This document shows, piece after piece, positions 1 through 10,013 of a stretch of DNA of 64,000 nucleotides (position 1 is its first letter; each line of letters begins with the position of its first letter). A program made the position numbers and the translations under genes. The stretch is from Methylophilaceae bacterium. Lineage in GTDB: Bacteria > Pseudomonadota > Gammaproteobacteria > Burkholderiales > Methylophilaceae. Under the pieces are notes generated by a model that was not told the origin of the DNA, did no database searches, and worked only from the letters and a program-made list of their open reading frames with translations. The DNA is taken from the NCBI GenBank assembly GCA_028355955.1, contig JAOMTQ010000002.1, positions 2,754-66,753 of the forward strand, given 5' to 3'.

Positions 1-67
1 GTACATTGAGATCGGCACGAATAAAAACTTTTTTATTTTTTAAATCAAAATCTTGAAGTTGATTCAT
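1..67 (-). CDS. pgk: Phosphoglycerate kinase, N-terminal fragment (runs off window)
   Basis: Manual translation from ATG at 67: MNQLQDFDLKNKKVFIRADLNV, matching the PGK R-x-D-x-N-V motif; directly downstream of gap. Confidence 0.9.
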   Translation of the reverse strand, partial: MNQLQDFDLKNKKVFIRADLNV

Positions 68-77
68 TTTAGAAAAA

Positions 78-1094
78 TTATTTGGCATTCATCATTGCGA
101 CAGCGGTATCTAACATCCGACAACTAAAACCCCACTCATTGTCATACCATCCGAAGACTTTAACGAGATCTCCATCAGCGCTCACTTTAGTCAACGTTGA
201 ATCAAAATAACAGGATGCGGGTGTGTGGTTAAAATCAACTGAAACCAGAGGTTCCTCGTTGTAGACTAAGATCCCTTTTAAATTATCTTCAGAGGCTTTT
301 TTCATTATCTTATTTACAGCATCTTTTGAGGTTTGTTTTTCAGTGACTATAGTGAGATCAACTAACGACACATTATTGGTGGGCACACGCACTGCAATTC
401 CATCTAACTTGCCTTTGACTTCCGGAATGACCAAGCCCACCGCTGAAGCCGCACCCGTTTTTGTCGGAATCATAGAGCCTGATGCTGCTCTAGCCCGTCT
501 AATGTCTTTATGCATGTTATCTAATAATGATTGATCATTGGTGTATGAATGAATTGTATTCATCAGACCAGATTTGATACCGATTTCATCTTGAATAACC
601 TTTACTAGTGGCGCTAATCCGTTTGTCGTACACGAGGCATTGGAAACAAATATATCGCTTGATTTGAGTATTTCATGATTCACGCCATAAACGACTGTGG
701 CATCTATATCAGATTCTCCAGGTGCAGAGATTAAAACTTTTTTTGCCCCCTGCTCAATATGAAACTCGCTCGTTTTTTTACCTCTAAAAGCGCCCGTACA
801 CTCCAATACAACATCGACATCCAATTCTTTCCATGGAAGCATCTTTGTGTCTCTGGTGTTGAGGTACTTAATTTTATGCCCGTTGACAACAAAGAAGTCA
901 TCTTGCGTCTGAATTTCAGCATCAAATTTACCGTGGGCCGTATCGTACTTTAATAGATGGGCGTGACTTTGAATATCACCCCGGCTGCAATTAACCGCAA
1001 CCACATTAATATCTTTTCTGTTGTGTTCAAAAATGGCTCTTAAAACAAGTCTGCCGATCCTTCCAAATCCAGAAATAGCTACATTTACTGACAC
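78..1094 (-). CDS. gap: Type I glyceraldehyde-3-phosphate dehydrogenase
   Basis: GFGRIGR, catalytic ASCTT and WYDNEWGFS motifs; GTG start with AGGGG SD. Confidence 0.97.
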   Translation of the reverse strand: MSVNVAISGFGRIGRLVLRAIFEHNRKDINVVAVNCSRGDIQSHAHLLKYDTAHGKFDAEIQTQDDFFVVNGHKIKYLNTRDTKMLPWKELDVDVVLECTGAFRGKKTSEFHIEQGAKKVLISAPGESDIDATVVYGVNHEILKSSDIFVSNASCTTNGLAPLVKVIQDEIGIKSGLMNTIHSYTNDQSLLDNMHKDIRRARAASGSMIPTKTGAASAVGLVIPEVKGKLDGIAVRVPTNNVSLVDLTIVTEKQTSKDAVNKIMKKASEDNLKGILVYNEEPLVSVDFNHTPASCYFDSTLTKVSADGDLVKVFGWYDNEWGFSCRMLDTAVAMMNAK

Positions 1095-1118
1095 ATCATT
1101 CCCCTATTCTAAAAATAA

Positions 1119-1146
1119 ATAAGGGTAGCCGCAAAGCTACCCTTAT
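1119..1146 (-). terminator. Intrinsic terminator-like hairpin between tkt and gap
   Basis: ATAAGGGTAGC-cgcaaa-GCTACCCTTAT perfect 11-bp stem, T-rich tail on the minus strand. Confidence 0.75.
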
Positions 1147-1161
1147 CAATATTAATTTGAA

Positions 1162-3150
1162 TTACAGAACTGATTTTGCTGTTTTAACAACATTATCCAC
1201 AGTGAAACCAAAGTGTTCAAATACAACTTTACCTGGCGCTGATTCGCCATAAGTGTCTATACCAACACAAGCACCATCAAGACCGACATACTTTCTCCAA
1301 TAGTCTGTCACACCCGCTTCAACTGAAATTCTTTTTACGCCTGGTGTTAATACACTATCTTTATAAGCTTGGTCTTGTCTATCGAAAGCTTGGGTACAAG
1401 CCATTGATACTACTCTTGCATGGATACCTTCATCTTTTAAATTTGCTTGAGCACCTACTGCAAGATCAACCTCTGATCCTGTTGCGATAATAATGACTTG
1501 AGCATCACCGTCACAATCAGAAAGCACATAACCACCTTTTTTAATGTTAGCGATTTGCTCAGGAGTTCTTGAATGGAAACCCATACCCTGTCTACTTAAT
1601 ACTAAGCTGGTTGGATTTTCACCATTCTCAACAGCTGCTACCCATGCAGTCGCAGTTTCTGTCGCATCACAAGGTCGCCAAACTTCCATTCTTGGAATAA
1701 ATCTCAGTCCAGAAGTTGTTTCGATTGGTTGGTGTGTTGGTCCGTCTTCACCTTGGCCAATAGAGTCATGCGTTAAAACATAAACGACACGTTGCTTCAT
1801 GAGCGCTGACATTCTCATACCGTTTCTCATATAGTCTGTGAACATATGGAAAGTGCCACCAAAAGGAAGTAAACCACCATGTAATGCAATACCATTCATG
1901 ATTGAAGCCATTCCAAACTCTCTAACACCATAAGAAATATAATTACCTGGTTTTTTACCATTCACATGCTCAAAACTTGGGCAGCTTGTTAAATTTGAAC
2001 CTGTCAGATCAGCAGAGCCACCTACAAACTCAGGTAGAATCGGTGCAAGTGCAGTAATGACATTTTGTGATGCTTTTCTTGTCGCAACTTTCTCAGCTGC
2101 TGAGTTTGCATCATTAATTAAAGCATTCGATTGTTTCTCCCAATCTGCTGGAAGCTCGTTCGACATTCTTCTTTTGAATTCAGCTGCCATTTCTGGAAAC
2201 TCTTTTGCGTAGGAATCAAACTTAGCATTCCATTCTTGTTCACGAACATCACCTTTATCTTTTTGATTCCATCCATCGTATACATCTTGTGGTATTACAA
2301 AGGGTGCATGTTCCCAACCGATTTCTTTTCGAACTAATGCAACTTCATCATCGCCCAAAGCAGCACCGTGACAATCATGAGAGCCAGATTTATTGGGTGA
2401 ACCTTTACCAATAATTGTTTTACAACAAATAAGAGTTGGTTTGTCCGTTACTTTTTTTGCCTCTTTGATTGCCTTATCAATTGCCTCTGGGTCATGGCCA
2501 TCCACATCCCTAATAGCATGCCATCCATATGACTCAAAGCGACCTGCTGTATCATCTGTATACCAACCTTCTATATGACCATCAATTGAAATTCCGTTGT
2601 CATCCCAAAAAGCAATTAGCTTTCCAAGACCCCAAGTTCCTGCAAGCGCACATGTTTCATGCGATACACCTTCCATTAAACAACCATCACCTAGGAAAGC
2701 ATAAGTATGATGATCTACAATTTCATGACCAGGCTTATTAAACTGATTCGCCATAAGTTTTTCAGCCATTGCAAAACCAACAGCATTACTTATACCTTGA
2801 CCTAGTGGGCCTGTTGTAGTCTCAACTCCAGGCGCATAGCCATATTCAGGGTGACCTGCACAAGCTGAGTGAATCTGTCTAAAATTTTCAATGTCCTTCA
2901 TGGGTAGGTCGTAGCCCGTTAAATGAAGAAGTGAATAAATCAACATTGAGCCATGGCCGTTAGATAAAATAAAACGATCACGGTTTGCCCAATCAGGATT
3001 GTTAGGGTTATGACTGAGATGGTGATTCCACAAAACCTCTCCTATTTCTGCCATACCCATTGGCGCTCCAGGATGTCCTGAGCTTGCCTTTTGAACTGCA
3101 TCCATTGATAAAGCGCGAATAGCGTTAGCTAAATCTTGTCTCGTTGCCAT
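1162..3150 (-). CDS. tkt: Transketolase
   Basis: [17 protein letters not shown] (TPP) and GEDGPTHQP motifs; ATG at 3150 preceded by GGAGG SD. Confidence 0.98.
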   Translation of the reverse strand: MATRQDLANAIRALSMDAVQKASSGHPGAPMGMAEIGEVLWNHHLSHNPNNPDWANRDRFILSNGHGSMLIYSLLHLTGYDLPMKDIENFRQIHSACAGHPEYGYAPGVETTTGPLGQGISNAVGFAMAEKLMANQFNKPGHEIVDHHTYAFLGDGCLMEGVSHETCALAGTWGLGKLIAFWDDNGISIDGHIEGWYTDDTAGRFESYGWHAIRDVDGHDPEAIDKAIKEAKKVTDKPTLICCKTIIGKGSPNKSGSHDCHGAALGDDEVALVRKEIGWEHAPFVIPQDVYDGWNQKDKGDVREQEWNAKFDSYAKEFPEMAAEFKRRMSNELPADWEKQSNALINDANSAAEKVATRKASQNVITALAPILPEFVGGSADLTGSNLTSCPSFEHVNGKKPGNYISYGVREFGMASIMNGIALHGGLLPFGGTFHMFTDYMRNGMRMSALMKQRVVYVLTHDSIGQGEDGPTHQPIETTSGLRFIPRMEVWRPCDATETATAWVAAVENGENPTSLVLSRQGMGFHSRTPEQIANIKKGGYVLSDCDGDAQVIIIATGSEVDLAVGAQANLKDEGIHARVVSMACTQAFDRQDQAYKDSVLTPGVKRISVEAGVTDYWRKYVGLDGACVGIDTYGESAPGKVVFEHFGFTVDNVVKTAKSVL

Positions 3151-3275
3151 ACTTCCTCCCAAAATTAAATTGATTGCATTGTTATTTAACTAATGCATTT
3201 TTTAAATATTTTTTTTGATACCGTTTAACACTAAATTATTAACTAAACTTAGGCCACAATCAAGTTATCTATGAG

Positions 3276-3839
3276 TTAAATATGCTTCTCTTTCCATTTA
3301 ATTGAACAACCAATACTTGCATTTTGTATTTCTGGTCCCTTTTGTGTATCGGCGACCAACTTCATTGCCTCAAATAATTCTCTTTTATTATTTGGTTGGG
3401 CCTCTCCTCTGCCGGTAGAATCAAATCGTCCTCGATATTGCAACTCTAATTTTGAATTAAATCCAAAAAAATCTGGCGTACAGATAGCATCATATGCTTT
3501 TGCTATTTCTTGTGTTTCATCAAATGCATAAGGAAATTCAAAATGATTTTCTTCAGCCAATAATTTCATATTTTCGAATGAATCTTCTGGGTAATTAACG
3601 ACATCATTGCTAGAAATTGCAATTGTATTAATACCAAAATTTTTTAATTCATTAACATCCCTGACAAGCCGAGACATAATTGCTTTTACATAGGGGCAAT
3701 GATTACAAATGAACATTACTACCAACCCGTTCGCACCTTTAATACTTTCTATATTCCAATGTTTATTATCAACCCCCAGCAATTGAAAATCCTTTGCACT
3801 CCATTCAAAATCACAAATTGGTGTTGTTAGGCTAACCAA
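3276..3839 (-). CDS. Thioredoxin-fold (AhpC/TSA, redoxin) family protein
   Basis: FICNHCPYV CxxC, CTPDFF and C-terminal SIGCSIKW. Confidence 0.9.
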   Translation of the reverse strand: MVSLTTPICDFEWSAKDFQLLGVDNKHWNIESIKGANGLVVMFICNHCPYVKAIMSRLVRDVNELKNFGINTIAISSNDVVNYPEDSFENMKLLAEENHFEFPYAFDETQEIAKAYDAICTPDFFGFNSKLELQYRGRFDSTGRGEAQPNNKRELFEAMKLVADTQKGPEIQNASIGCSIKWKEKHI

Positions 3840-3872
3840 AACTCTTCTCCGTTATGTATGATGTAGAAATAT

Positions 3873-4604
3873 ATGCATAGATTTTACCATTCAAATTCAC
3901 TTGATTTAAATCAGATTATTTCTCTTGATGAATTCGCGAGTCACCATGCCCTTCGTGTAATGCGAGTTAAGGTTGATGATTTTCTCATCTTATTTAATGG
4001 TGATGGTTTTGAATATAGAGGCCGAGTGAGTGATATTAATAAAAAAACTATAAATGTTGAAATTTTATCTAAAGAAAAAAATAATAATGAATCAACTATA
4101 AATATTAATTTATTTCAATCAATATCCTCAAATGAAAAAATGGATATGGTTATTCAAAAGGCAACAGAATTAGGTGTAAGCAGCATTCAACCTATTTTCA
4201 CTTCAAGAAGCACTATCAAACTTAGCTTAGAAAGAGCAAAGAAAAGATTAATACATTGGAGGCAAGTCTCAATATCAGCATGTGAACAATCAGGCAGGTC
4301 AAAAATACCCACCATCAAATCTCCTATTGGATTTGATCAGGTTTCAGAAGGTATAACAACAAATTCACTTAATTTGTTGCTTCACCCGGATAACTTAGAA
4401 GAATCAAGTAATCTCCCAAATGAATATTCTGGAGATATTAATATTTTTATTGGCCCTGAAGGTGGCTTCAATCAAGATGAAGTGTTACTTCTTAAAAAGC
4501 AAAATTGTACAAATATTCAATTAGGGAAACGAATCTTGAGAACAGAAACAGCACCTTTAGCAATAATTGCAATATTACAATATAAATATGGTGATTTTGC
4601 ATAA
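3873..4604 (+). CDS. rsmE: 16S rRNA m3U1498 methyltransferase
   Basis: QKATELG, ACEQSGR, IGPEGGF and LGKRILRTETA motifs. Confidence 0.97.
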   Translation: MHRFYHSNSLDLNQIISLDEFASHHALRVMRVKVDDFLILFNGDGFEYRGRVSDINKKTINVEILSKEKNNNESTININLFQSISSNEKMDMVIQKATELGVSSIQPIFTSRSTIKLSLERAKKRLIHWRQVSISACEQSGRSKIPTIKSPIGFDQVSEGITTNSLNLLLHPDNLEESSNLPNEYSGDINIFIGPEGGFNQDEVLLLKKQNCTNIQLGKRILRTETAPLAIIAILQYKYGDFA

Positions 4605-4618
4605 TTATTAGATTATTT

Positions 4619-4665
4619 TGGTATAATATTTGAGTTTAACTAAATTTATTTGCAAAAAATGCAAA
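4619..4665 (+). promoter_or_regulatory. Extended -10 promoter and candidate operator palindrome of argA
   Basis: TG-G-TATAAT at 4619-4627; TTTGCA-N5-TGCAAA at 4649-4665 overlapping ATG 4659. Confidence 0.5.
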
Positions 4666-6200
4666 ATAATACCGGTATCATCATAAGGCTGAAACGCAAA
4701 GAAAGAGGATTAACATTAAATGCGTTAGCCAACAAACTGAATATCAGCGTAAGTAATCTATCAAGAATAGAGACTGGCGCGTTGAAAGTATCAACAAACT
4801 TAATAAATCAATTAGTTGAGATTTTTAAGGTTTCTCCTCAATGTTTTTTCCATCAATCACATGCTAGCTCTTCAAGTGTTTCAACTCAAAGTTCTTTCGT
4901 ACAAAATTTTAGGTTATCCGCAAAATATATTAATCAATTTAATCAAAATACCTTTGTAATTGGGATAAGTGGGTATGTTTTTGATGAGGGTCAATTTGAA
5001 AAAATTGCTCAAGACATTAATCTTTTACATTCTCTTAATATTAAGGTCATTTTAGTTTATGGAGCAAGACCACAGGTTGAGAGCATATTAATAAAAAATA
5101 AGATTCCTATTAGGTTAGTAAAAAATATGCGCGTTACAAGTAATGCTGCACTCAAGCATGTTGTCGAGGTAAATGGTGCAATCAGAATTAAAATTGAAGC
5201 GACATTATCAACAATTAAATCTGCGTCGGAAGGAATGCATCTTTCAAGTGGTAACTTTCTGACAGCAATGCCAGTAGGTGTTGTTGATGGTATTGATATG
5301 GAGGCAACTGGAAAGGTAAGAAGAGTTGATGTGGAAGCCATAAAGAATAAATTAAATCATCATGAAATTGTCATTATCTCCCCTATAGGCTATTCACCAA
5401 TTGGTCAGATATTTAACCTACCTTATGAGCAGACTGCTGCAAATATAGCTACTGCTATTAATGCGGATAAGCTGATTTATTATGTCGATGGCAATGGTAT
5501 TCAAAACGAAAGAGGGGATCTCATTGCTGAACTAACTTCAGAGAAGGCTCACAAATTAATCTCTCATATTGAGGAGAAGCCTTCGCCAGAAAGTGCACAG
5601 AATTTATCTTATGATGATTTCAATATTCTAAAAAGTAGTGTGTTTGCTATCAAAAATAAAATAAAAAAAATCCACTTAATCAATAGACATATTGATGGGT
5701 CATTAATTGAAGAGCTTTTTACTGAGAAAGGCTCTGGAACTATTTTGACAGAATTTGCCTTAGAGAACTTTAGAAAGGCAACAGAAGGCGACATAAAAGA
5801 TATTTACAGACTCTTATTTCCCCTTGAGAAGAGAAAAATTCTCATTGAGAGAGATTTAACTCAAATTAAAGAAATGATTAATCAATTTTATGTTCTTGAA
5901 CATGATAAAAAATTTGTTGGCTGTGTTTCTCTCAATTCCTTTAAAGAATCATTAGAACTAGCTAGCTTTTCTATAGAACCAAAATATCAGAAACTGGGCT
6001 TTGGTAAAAAACTCTTAAAATTTTGTGAGCAGGAAGCCAAAAAACTTAAATATGATGAAATTTTTATTCTTACAACTCAATCAGAGCATTGGTTTGCTGA
6101 AAATGGATTTAAAGAGAAATCAAAAGAATTAATACCAATATTAAAGAAGAAAACTTATCAAACTGAACGAAATTCTAAATACTTAACTAAAAGGCTATAA
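4659..6200 (+). CDS. argA: Amino-acid N-acetyltransferase (N-acetylglutamate synthase) with N-terminal XRE-family HTH fusion
   Basis: N-terminal IRLKRKERGLTLNALANKLNISVSNLSRIETG (XRE HTH); AAK domain (LVYGARPQ, ELFTEKGSGT); GNAT domain (LTTQSEHWF, RNSK); adjacent to argB. Alternative TTG start at 4650. Confidence 0.92.
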   Translation: MQNNTGIIIRLKRKERGLTLNALANKLNISVSNLSRIETGALKVSTNLINQLVEIFKVSPQCFFHQSHASSSSVSTQSSFVQNFRLSAKYINQFNQNTFVIGISGYVFDEGQFEKIAQDINLLHSLNIKVILVYGARPQVESILIKNKIPIRLVKNMRVTSNAALKHVVEVNGAIRIKIEATLSTIKSASEGMHLSSGNFLTAMPVGVVDGIDMEATGKVRRVDVEAIKNKLNHHEIVIISPIGYSPIGQIFNLPYEQTAANIATAINADKLIYYVDGNGIQNERGDLIAELTSEKAHKLISHIEEKPSPESAQNLSYDDFNILKSSVFAIKNKIKKIHLINRHIDGSLIEELFTEKGSGTILTEFALENFRKATEGDIKDIYRLLFPLEKRKILIERDLTQIKEMINQFYVLEHDKKFVGCVSLNSFKESLELASFSIEPKYQKLGFGKKLLKFCEQEAKKLKYDEIFILTTQSEHWFAENGFKEKSKELIPILKKKTYQTERNSKYLTKRL

Positions 6201-6239
6201 AATAATGACTATACAAAATAAATTAATTAAGCATTTCAT

Positions 6240-7112
6240 ATGACACCCAACGAAAAAGCAAAAATTTTAAGTGAGGCCCTACCTTACATAAAAAAGTTTT
6301 CCAAAAAAATTATGGTGATTAAATATGGGGGTAATGCCATGATTGATGATAAGTTAAAACACTCATTCGCAAAAGATGTAGTGCTTTTAAAATTGGTTGG
6401 AATGCATCCTATTATTGTCCATGGGGGCGGACCTCAGATTAATAAAAGTTTAGATCTAATTGGTAAAAAAGGTCAATTTCATAATGGCATGAGAGTTACA
6501 GATAAGGAAACAATGGATGTCGTTTACGATGTTTTAAACTCAATTAATTTAGAAATTGTAGAGTTAATTAAAAAAATTGGAGGTGATGCTTCCAGCCTTT
6601 CAAAAAAAGAATCACTCGGTTTTATTAAGTCTAAAAAATTATTACCAAGCGATAATAATTTGAAAAAAGGTAACGTTGATTTAGGTTACGTTGGAGAAAT
6701 AGAGAGTATTGATAAAAAATTCATAAATGAATTTATTTCGAATAAATCAATTCCAGTTATTGCGCCCATTGGTTTTGGGATTGATAATCAGATTTATAAT
6801 ATAAATGCTGATGTGGTTGCAGGAAAAATTGCTGAAGTAATGAGCAGTGAAAAATTAGTACTTATGACCAATACAAAAGGTGTTCTAGATAAAAATAAAA
6901 AATTAATTACGGGTTTGGCAGCTTCTGAGGTCGATGGTCTTATCAAGTCAGGCACTCTATCTGGTGGTATGCTTCCTAAAATTCAATCTGCCATACATGC
7001 TGCCAAAAGCAATGTGAACAGTGTTCACATTATTGATGGGAGAGTTGAGCATGCCTTACTTCTTGAAATTTTAACTGATCAAGGTGTGGGCACACTAATT
7101 ACGTCACATTAG
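6240..7112 (+). CDS. argB: Acetylglutamate kinase
   Basis: [20 protein letters not shown] and GGMLPKI motifs. Confidence 0.97.
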   Translation: MTPNEKAKILSEALPYIKKFSKKIMVIKYGGNAMIDDKLKHSFAKDVVLLKLVGMHPIIVHGGGPQINKSLDLIGKKGQFHNGMRVTDKETMDVVYDVLNSINLEIVELIKKIGGDASSLSKKESLGFIKSKKLLPSDNNLKKGNVDLGYVGEIESIDKKFINEFISNKSIPVIAPIGFGIDNQIYNINADVVAGKIAEVMSSEKLVLMTNTKGVLDKNKKLITGLAASEVDGLIKSGTLSGGMLPKIQSAIHAAKSNVNSVHIIDGRVEHALLLEILTDQGVGTLITSH

Positions 7113-7739
7113 ATGGCAACTACTTGGATTTTCGATCTTGATAACACCTTACATGATGCTGAATCAAAGATTTTTCCCCTTGTAAATACAAGGATGAATG
7201 AATACATATCTTCTTATTTAGATATAAGTATTGAGGATGCAAGCAAATTAAGACAAAGCTATTGGGATACATATGGCGCCACACTTAAGGGGCTAATAAA
7301 ACATCACAATATTGATCCGATCGATTTTTTGTCAACTACTCATGACTTAAAAAATTTCAATGATCTTGTCATGCCAGAGGTTAACTTAAAGGAAACAATA
7401 TCAAACATTAAGGGCAGAAAAATAATCTATACAAATGCACCTAAGAGTTACACAGATAGAATCCTTAAAATTTCAAATATTTATGAAATGTTCGATGAGG
7501 TTTTTACTATTGAAGATTCAGATTTTACGCCTAAACCTAATCAGGGGAGCATGGCGAATTTTTTAAAAAAATATAATATAAAGGAGGGGGTTTTTATTGA
7601 TGATATAAAAGAAAATCTCAAAACAGCAAAAAACTTTGGGCTTTCAACTATTTGGATTACTGACGAATTAACTCATCATTCATTCATTGATAGGAAAATA
7701 GAAAAAATTAGCGATTTATTAACCTTCCAATCTTTCTAA
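7113..7739 (+). CDS. Pyrimidine 5'-nucleotidase, HAD superfamily
   Basis: FDLDNTL motif I, KP, FIDD; usual betaproteobacterial position after argB. Confidence 0.88.
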   Translation: MATTWIFDLDNTLHDAESKIFPLVNTRMNEYISSYLDISIEDASKLRQSYWDTYGATLKGLIKHHNIDPIDFLSTTHDLKNFNDLVMPEVNLKETISNIKGRKIIYTNAPKSYTDRILKISNIYEMFDEVFTIEDSDFTPKPNQGSMANFLKKYNIKEGVFIDDIKENLKTAKNFGLSTIWITDELTHHSFIDRKIEKISDLLTFQSF

Positions 7740-8939
7740 TATCATTAACCTTTCAGTGTAAATTTGCATTTTTATCTGATCACCATCCATAGTTGAGTCG
7801 AATGATTGCTTTTTCTTAGCTGATAGTTCAATGATTGTATTTAACAAATCTGTCATTTTTTTTAATACAGTTGATTGATTTTTTATAAAATCGTCTTGTT
7901 GTTTTATATCATCGTTGCTTGATAAATCAGACTGAAGCGATTTGATTTTTATCGTATTTAGAATTATCAACATTTTTAAAATGGCAAAGGTAATTTCCGG
8001 TCTTCTAAAAAAATCTAAGCGATTTAAACAATCAAGCTTATCTTTCGGTTGTAAGCTAAAAAAATTATCAATATTTTCTTTTTCAGATTTTAAACTTTCA
8101 TATAATTTCTTATGTGCATTCGACAACCTCAAATGTTCTAATAAATTTTTTTCTTGATTTTCTGAATAGTTAATTTTATTTGTTGAGAAATTTTTAGAGA
8201 AAAATGGAATAAGTAGTATCAATAAAAACTTATTATCAGGAGCGATATTTACAATATTTTTTTCAATCAATAGGCCGAGTTCGACATAATCTGAATTTGT
8301 TTTTTTATTGGGATTAATACCTGGAAGAATTTGATTTAATGCGCCACATTCGCACAGACAGCGAAACATCTGACTTGGTTTTTTTCCTTCTAGGCCTTTT
8401 TTTATTTCTAATACCACTCTTTCGATTGCTAATGATTTCAATTCTTCATTCAAAACCATTTTTTTAAGAAGGTTAAGTGTGTCCTTATGAATTACAAATT
8501 TTTCATCTAACGTAGAAAACCTAGCGACCCTTAAAATCCTAAGAGGGTCCTCTATAAATGCATCACTTACATGCCTTAGAATTCTTTTTTCAATATCAAT
8601 TTGCCCATTGTATGGATCATAAATATTTCCATCCTCATCCTGTGCAATAGCATTTATTGTCAAGTCTCTTCTTTTTAAATCCTCATCAAGGTTTACCTTT
8701 GGTGACGCATAAAACTTAAAACCATGATAACCAATACCAATTTTCTTTTCCGTTCTTGCAAGGGCATATTCATCTTTTGTATCGGGATGAATAAAAACGG
8801 GAAAATCTTTACCAATTGGCTTAAACCCTTTTTTTACCATTTCTTCAGGAGTGCTTCCAACGACCACGTAGTCTTTATCTTTAATTGGAATATTTAAAAA
8901 TTTATCTCTTAATGCACCACCAACTAAATAAATTTTCAT
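7719..8939 (-). CDS. cca: CCA tRNA nucleotidyltransferase (no recognisable HD domain)
   Basis: LVGGALRD, DKDYVV, RRDLTINA and EDPLRILR motifs. Confidence 0.93.
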   Translation of the reverse strand: MKIYLVGGALRDKFLNIPIKDKDYVVVGSTPEEMVKKGFKPIGKDFPVFIHPDTKDEYALARTEKKIGIGYHGFKFYASPKVNLDEDLKRRDLTINAIAQDEDGNIYDPYNGQIDIEKRILRHVSDAFIEDPLRILRVARFSTLDEKFVIHKDTLNLLKKMVLNEELKSLAIERVVLEIKKGLEGKKPSQMFRCLCECGALNQILPGINPNKKTNSDYVELGLLIEKNIVNIAPDNKFLLILLIPFFSKNFSTNKINYSENQEKNLLEHLRLSNAHKKLYESLKSEKENIDNFFSLQPKDKLDCLNRLDFFRRPEITFAILKMLIILNTIKIKSLQSDLSSNDDIKQQDDFIKNQSTVLKKMTDLLNTIIELSAKKKQSFDSTMDGDQIKMQIYTERLMILERLEG

Positions 8940-8942
8940 AAG

Positions 8943-9827
8943 TTAATCACTATATTTTTTTAGGTAGGACGATAATTGTCTCAAACTTGATTTATATTGA
9001 TACGAATCATTAATTGGGGCAGTGTTATCAATTTCCATAGATTTCAAATTATCCCTTGTCACCAACTTAACTGGAGATAATTCAAGAATACGCACAAAAA
9101 ACCATGTTAATTTTTTGTTTAACGGAATAATAATATTTTTTTTATTAAGGCTATTTTTAATTTCCTTAATAATTTCAAGGAATGTAAATATTTTAGGGCC
9201 TGCTATGTTTAGGGCTTTTTGATAGGATTTTTTACTATCAATTACTTTTATCAAAATATCTACGAAATCATCAACGTTAATGGGTTGAAACTTAGCTTTT
9301 GGTGAAATTAGAAAAATTACTGGTAGAAACTTGATTAGCTTTATAAATAAGTTTAAAAATTTATCTTTTGATCCATAAACAATAGAGGGCCTTAAGATTG
9401 TCCATGCTTTATTTTTAAATATTGTACTTACTGCTTTCTCACCAAGAAATTTTGATTGTAAATATTTACTTTCCCCTGGTGTATCACATTTAAGTGCGCT
9501 GACATGGATCAATCTTGATACGTTGGCTTTTTTTGCCCCTTTAAGTATTTTCTTTAATAAACCTTCATGGATATTTATGAACTGATTTTTTTTTGCCTCA
9601 TGCAAAATACCAATTAAATTTACTAATACATCAGTTCCTGCTAGCAATTGATTAAAATTAGAATTCTCAGAGTATGAAACTAATTTTACGTTGGGAAAGA
9701 CTTTTAAATAATTTGTTTTTGTTTTGTTTCTAGTAAAAACATTTATCTTATGGTTTTTTTTTGCTAATTGGCCGATCAGCTCTGTTCCTATAAAGCCTGA
9801 ACTACCAAAAATTGATATTGTATGCAT
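8943..9827 (-). CDS. NDUFA9-like NAD(P)-dependent epimerase/dehydratase family protein
   Basis: GSSGFIG Rossmann motif, YLQSK, LRPSIVYG, QPI; typical neighbour of cca. Confidence 0.88.
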   Translation of the reverse strand: MHTISIFGSSGFIGTELIGQLAKKNHKINVFTRNKTKTNYLKVFPNVKLVSYSENSNFNQLLAGTDVLVNLIGILHEAKKNQFINIHEGLLKKILKGAKKANVSRLIHVSALKCDTPGESKYLQSKFLGEKAVSTIFKNKAWTILRPSIVYGSKDKFLNLFIKLIKFLPVIFLISPKAKFQPINVDDFVDILIKVIDSKKSYQKALNIAGPKIFTFLEIIKEIKNSLNKKNIIIPLNKKLTWFFVRILELSPVKLVTRDNLKSMEIDNTAPINDSYQYKSSLRQLSSYLKKYSD

Positions 9828-9830
9828 TAC

Positions 9831-10013
9831 TTACGTATGGATAATTCTAAATAGAAAATATATTAATAAAATAATAACGCTGGCATAAATCACATAATTT
9901 AAAACTAAACGGATTAGTTGAAGGTACTTTTTATTTTTTGTAACAATATAAAAAATTGCCAAAACAATAATTCCAATGAGTATAAGAATGCCTGCAAGTC
10001 TTAAGAAAATCAT
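9831..10013 (-). CDS. Small two-TM membrane protein, hypothetical
   Basis: 60 aa with two hydrophobic segments; ATGA overlap with the lpxC stop; fills the operon gap. Confidence 0.75.
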   Translation of the reverse strand: MIFLRLAGILILIGIIVLAIFYIVTKNKKYLQLIRLVLNYVIYASVIILLIYFLFRIIHT

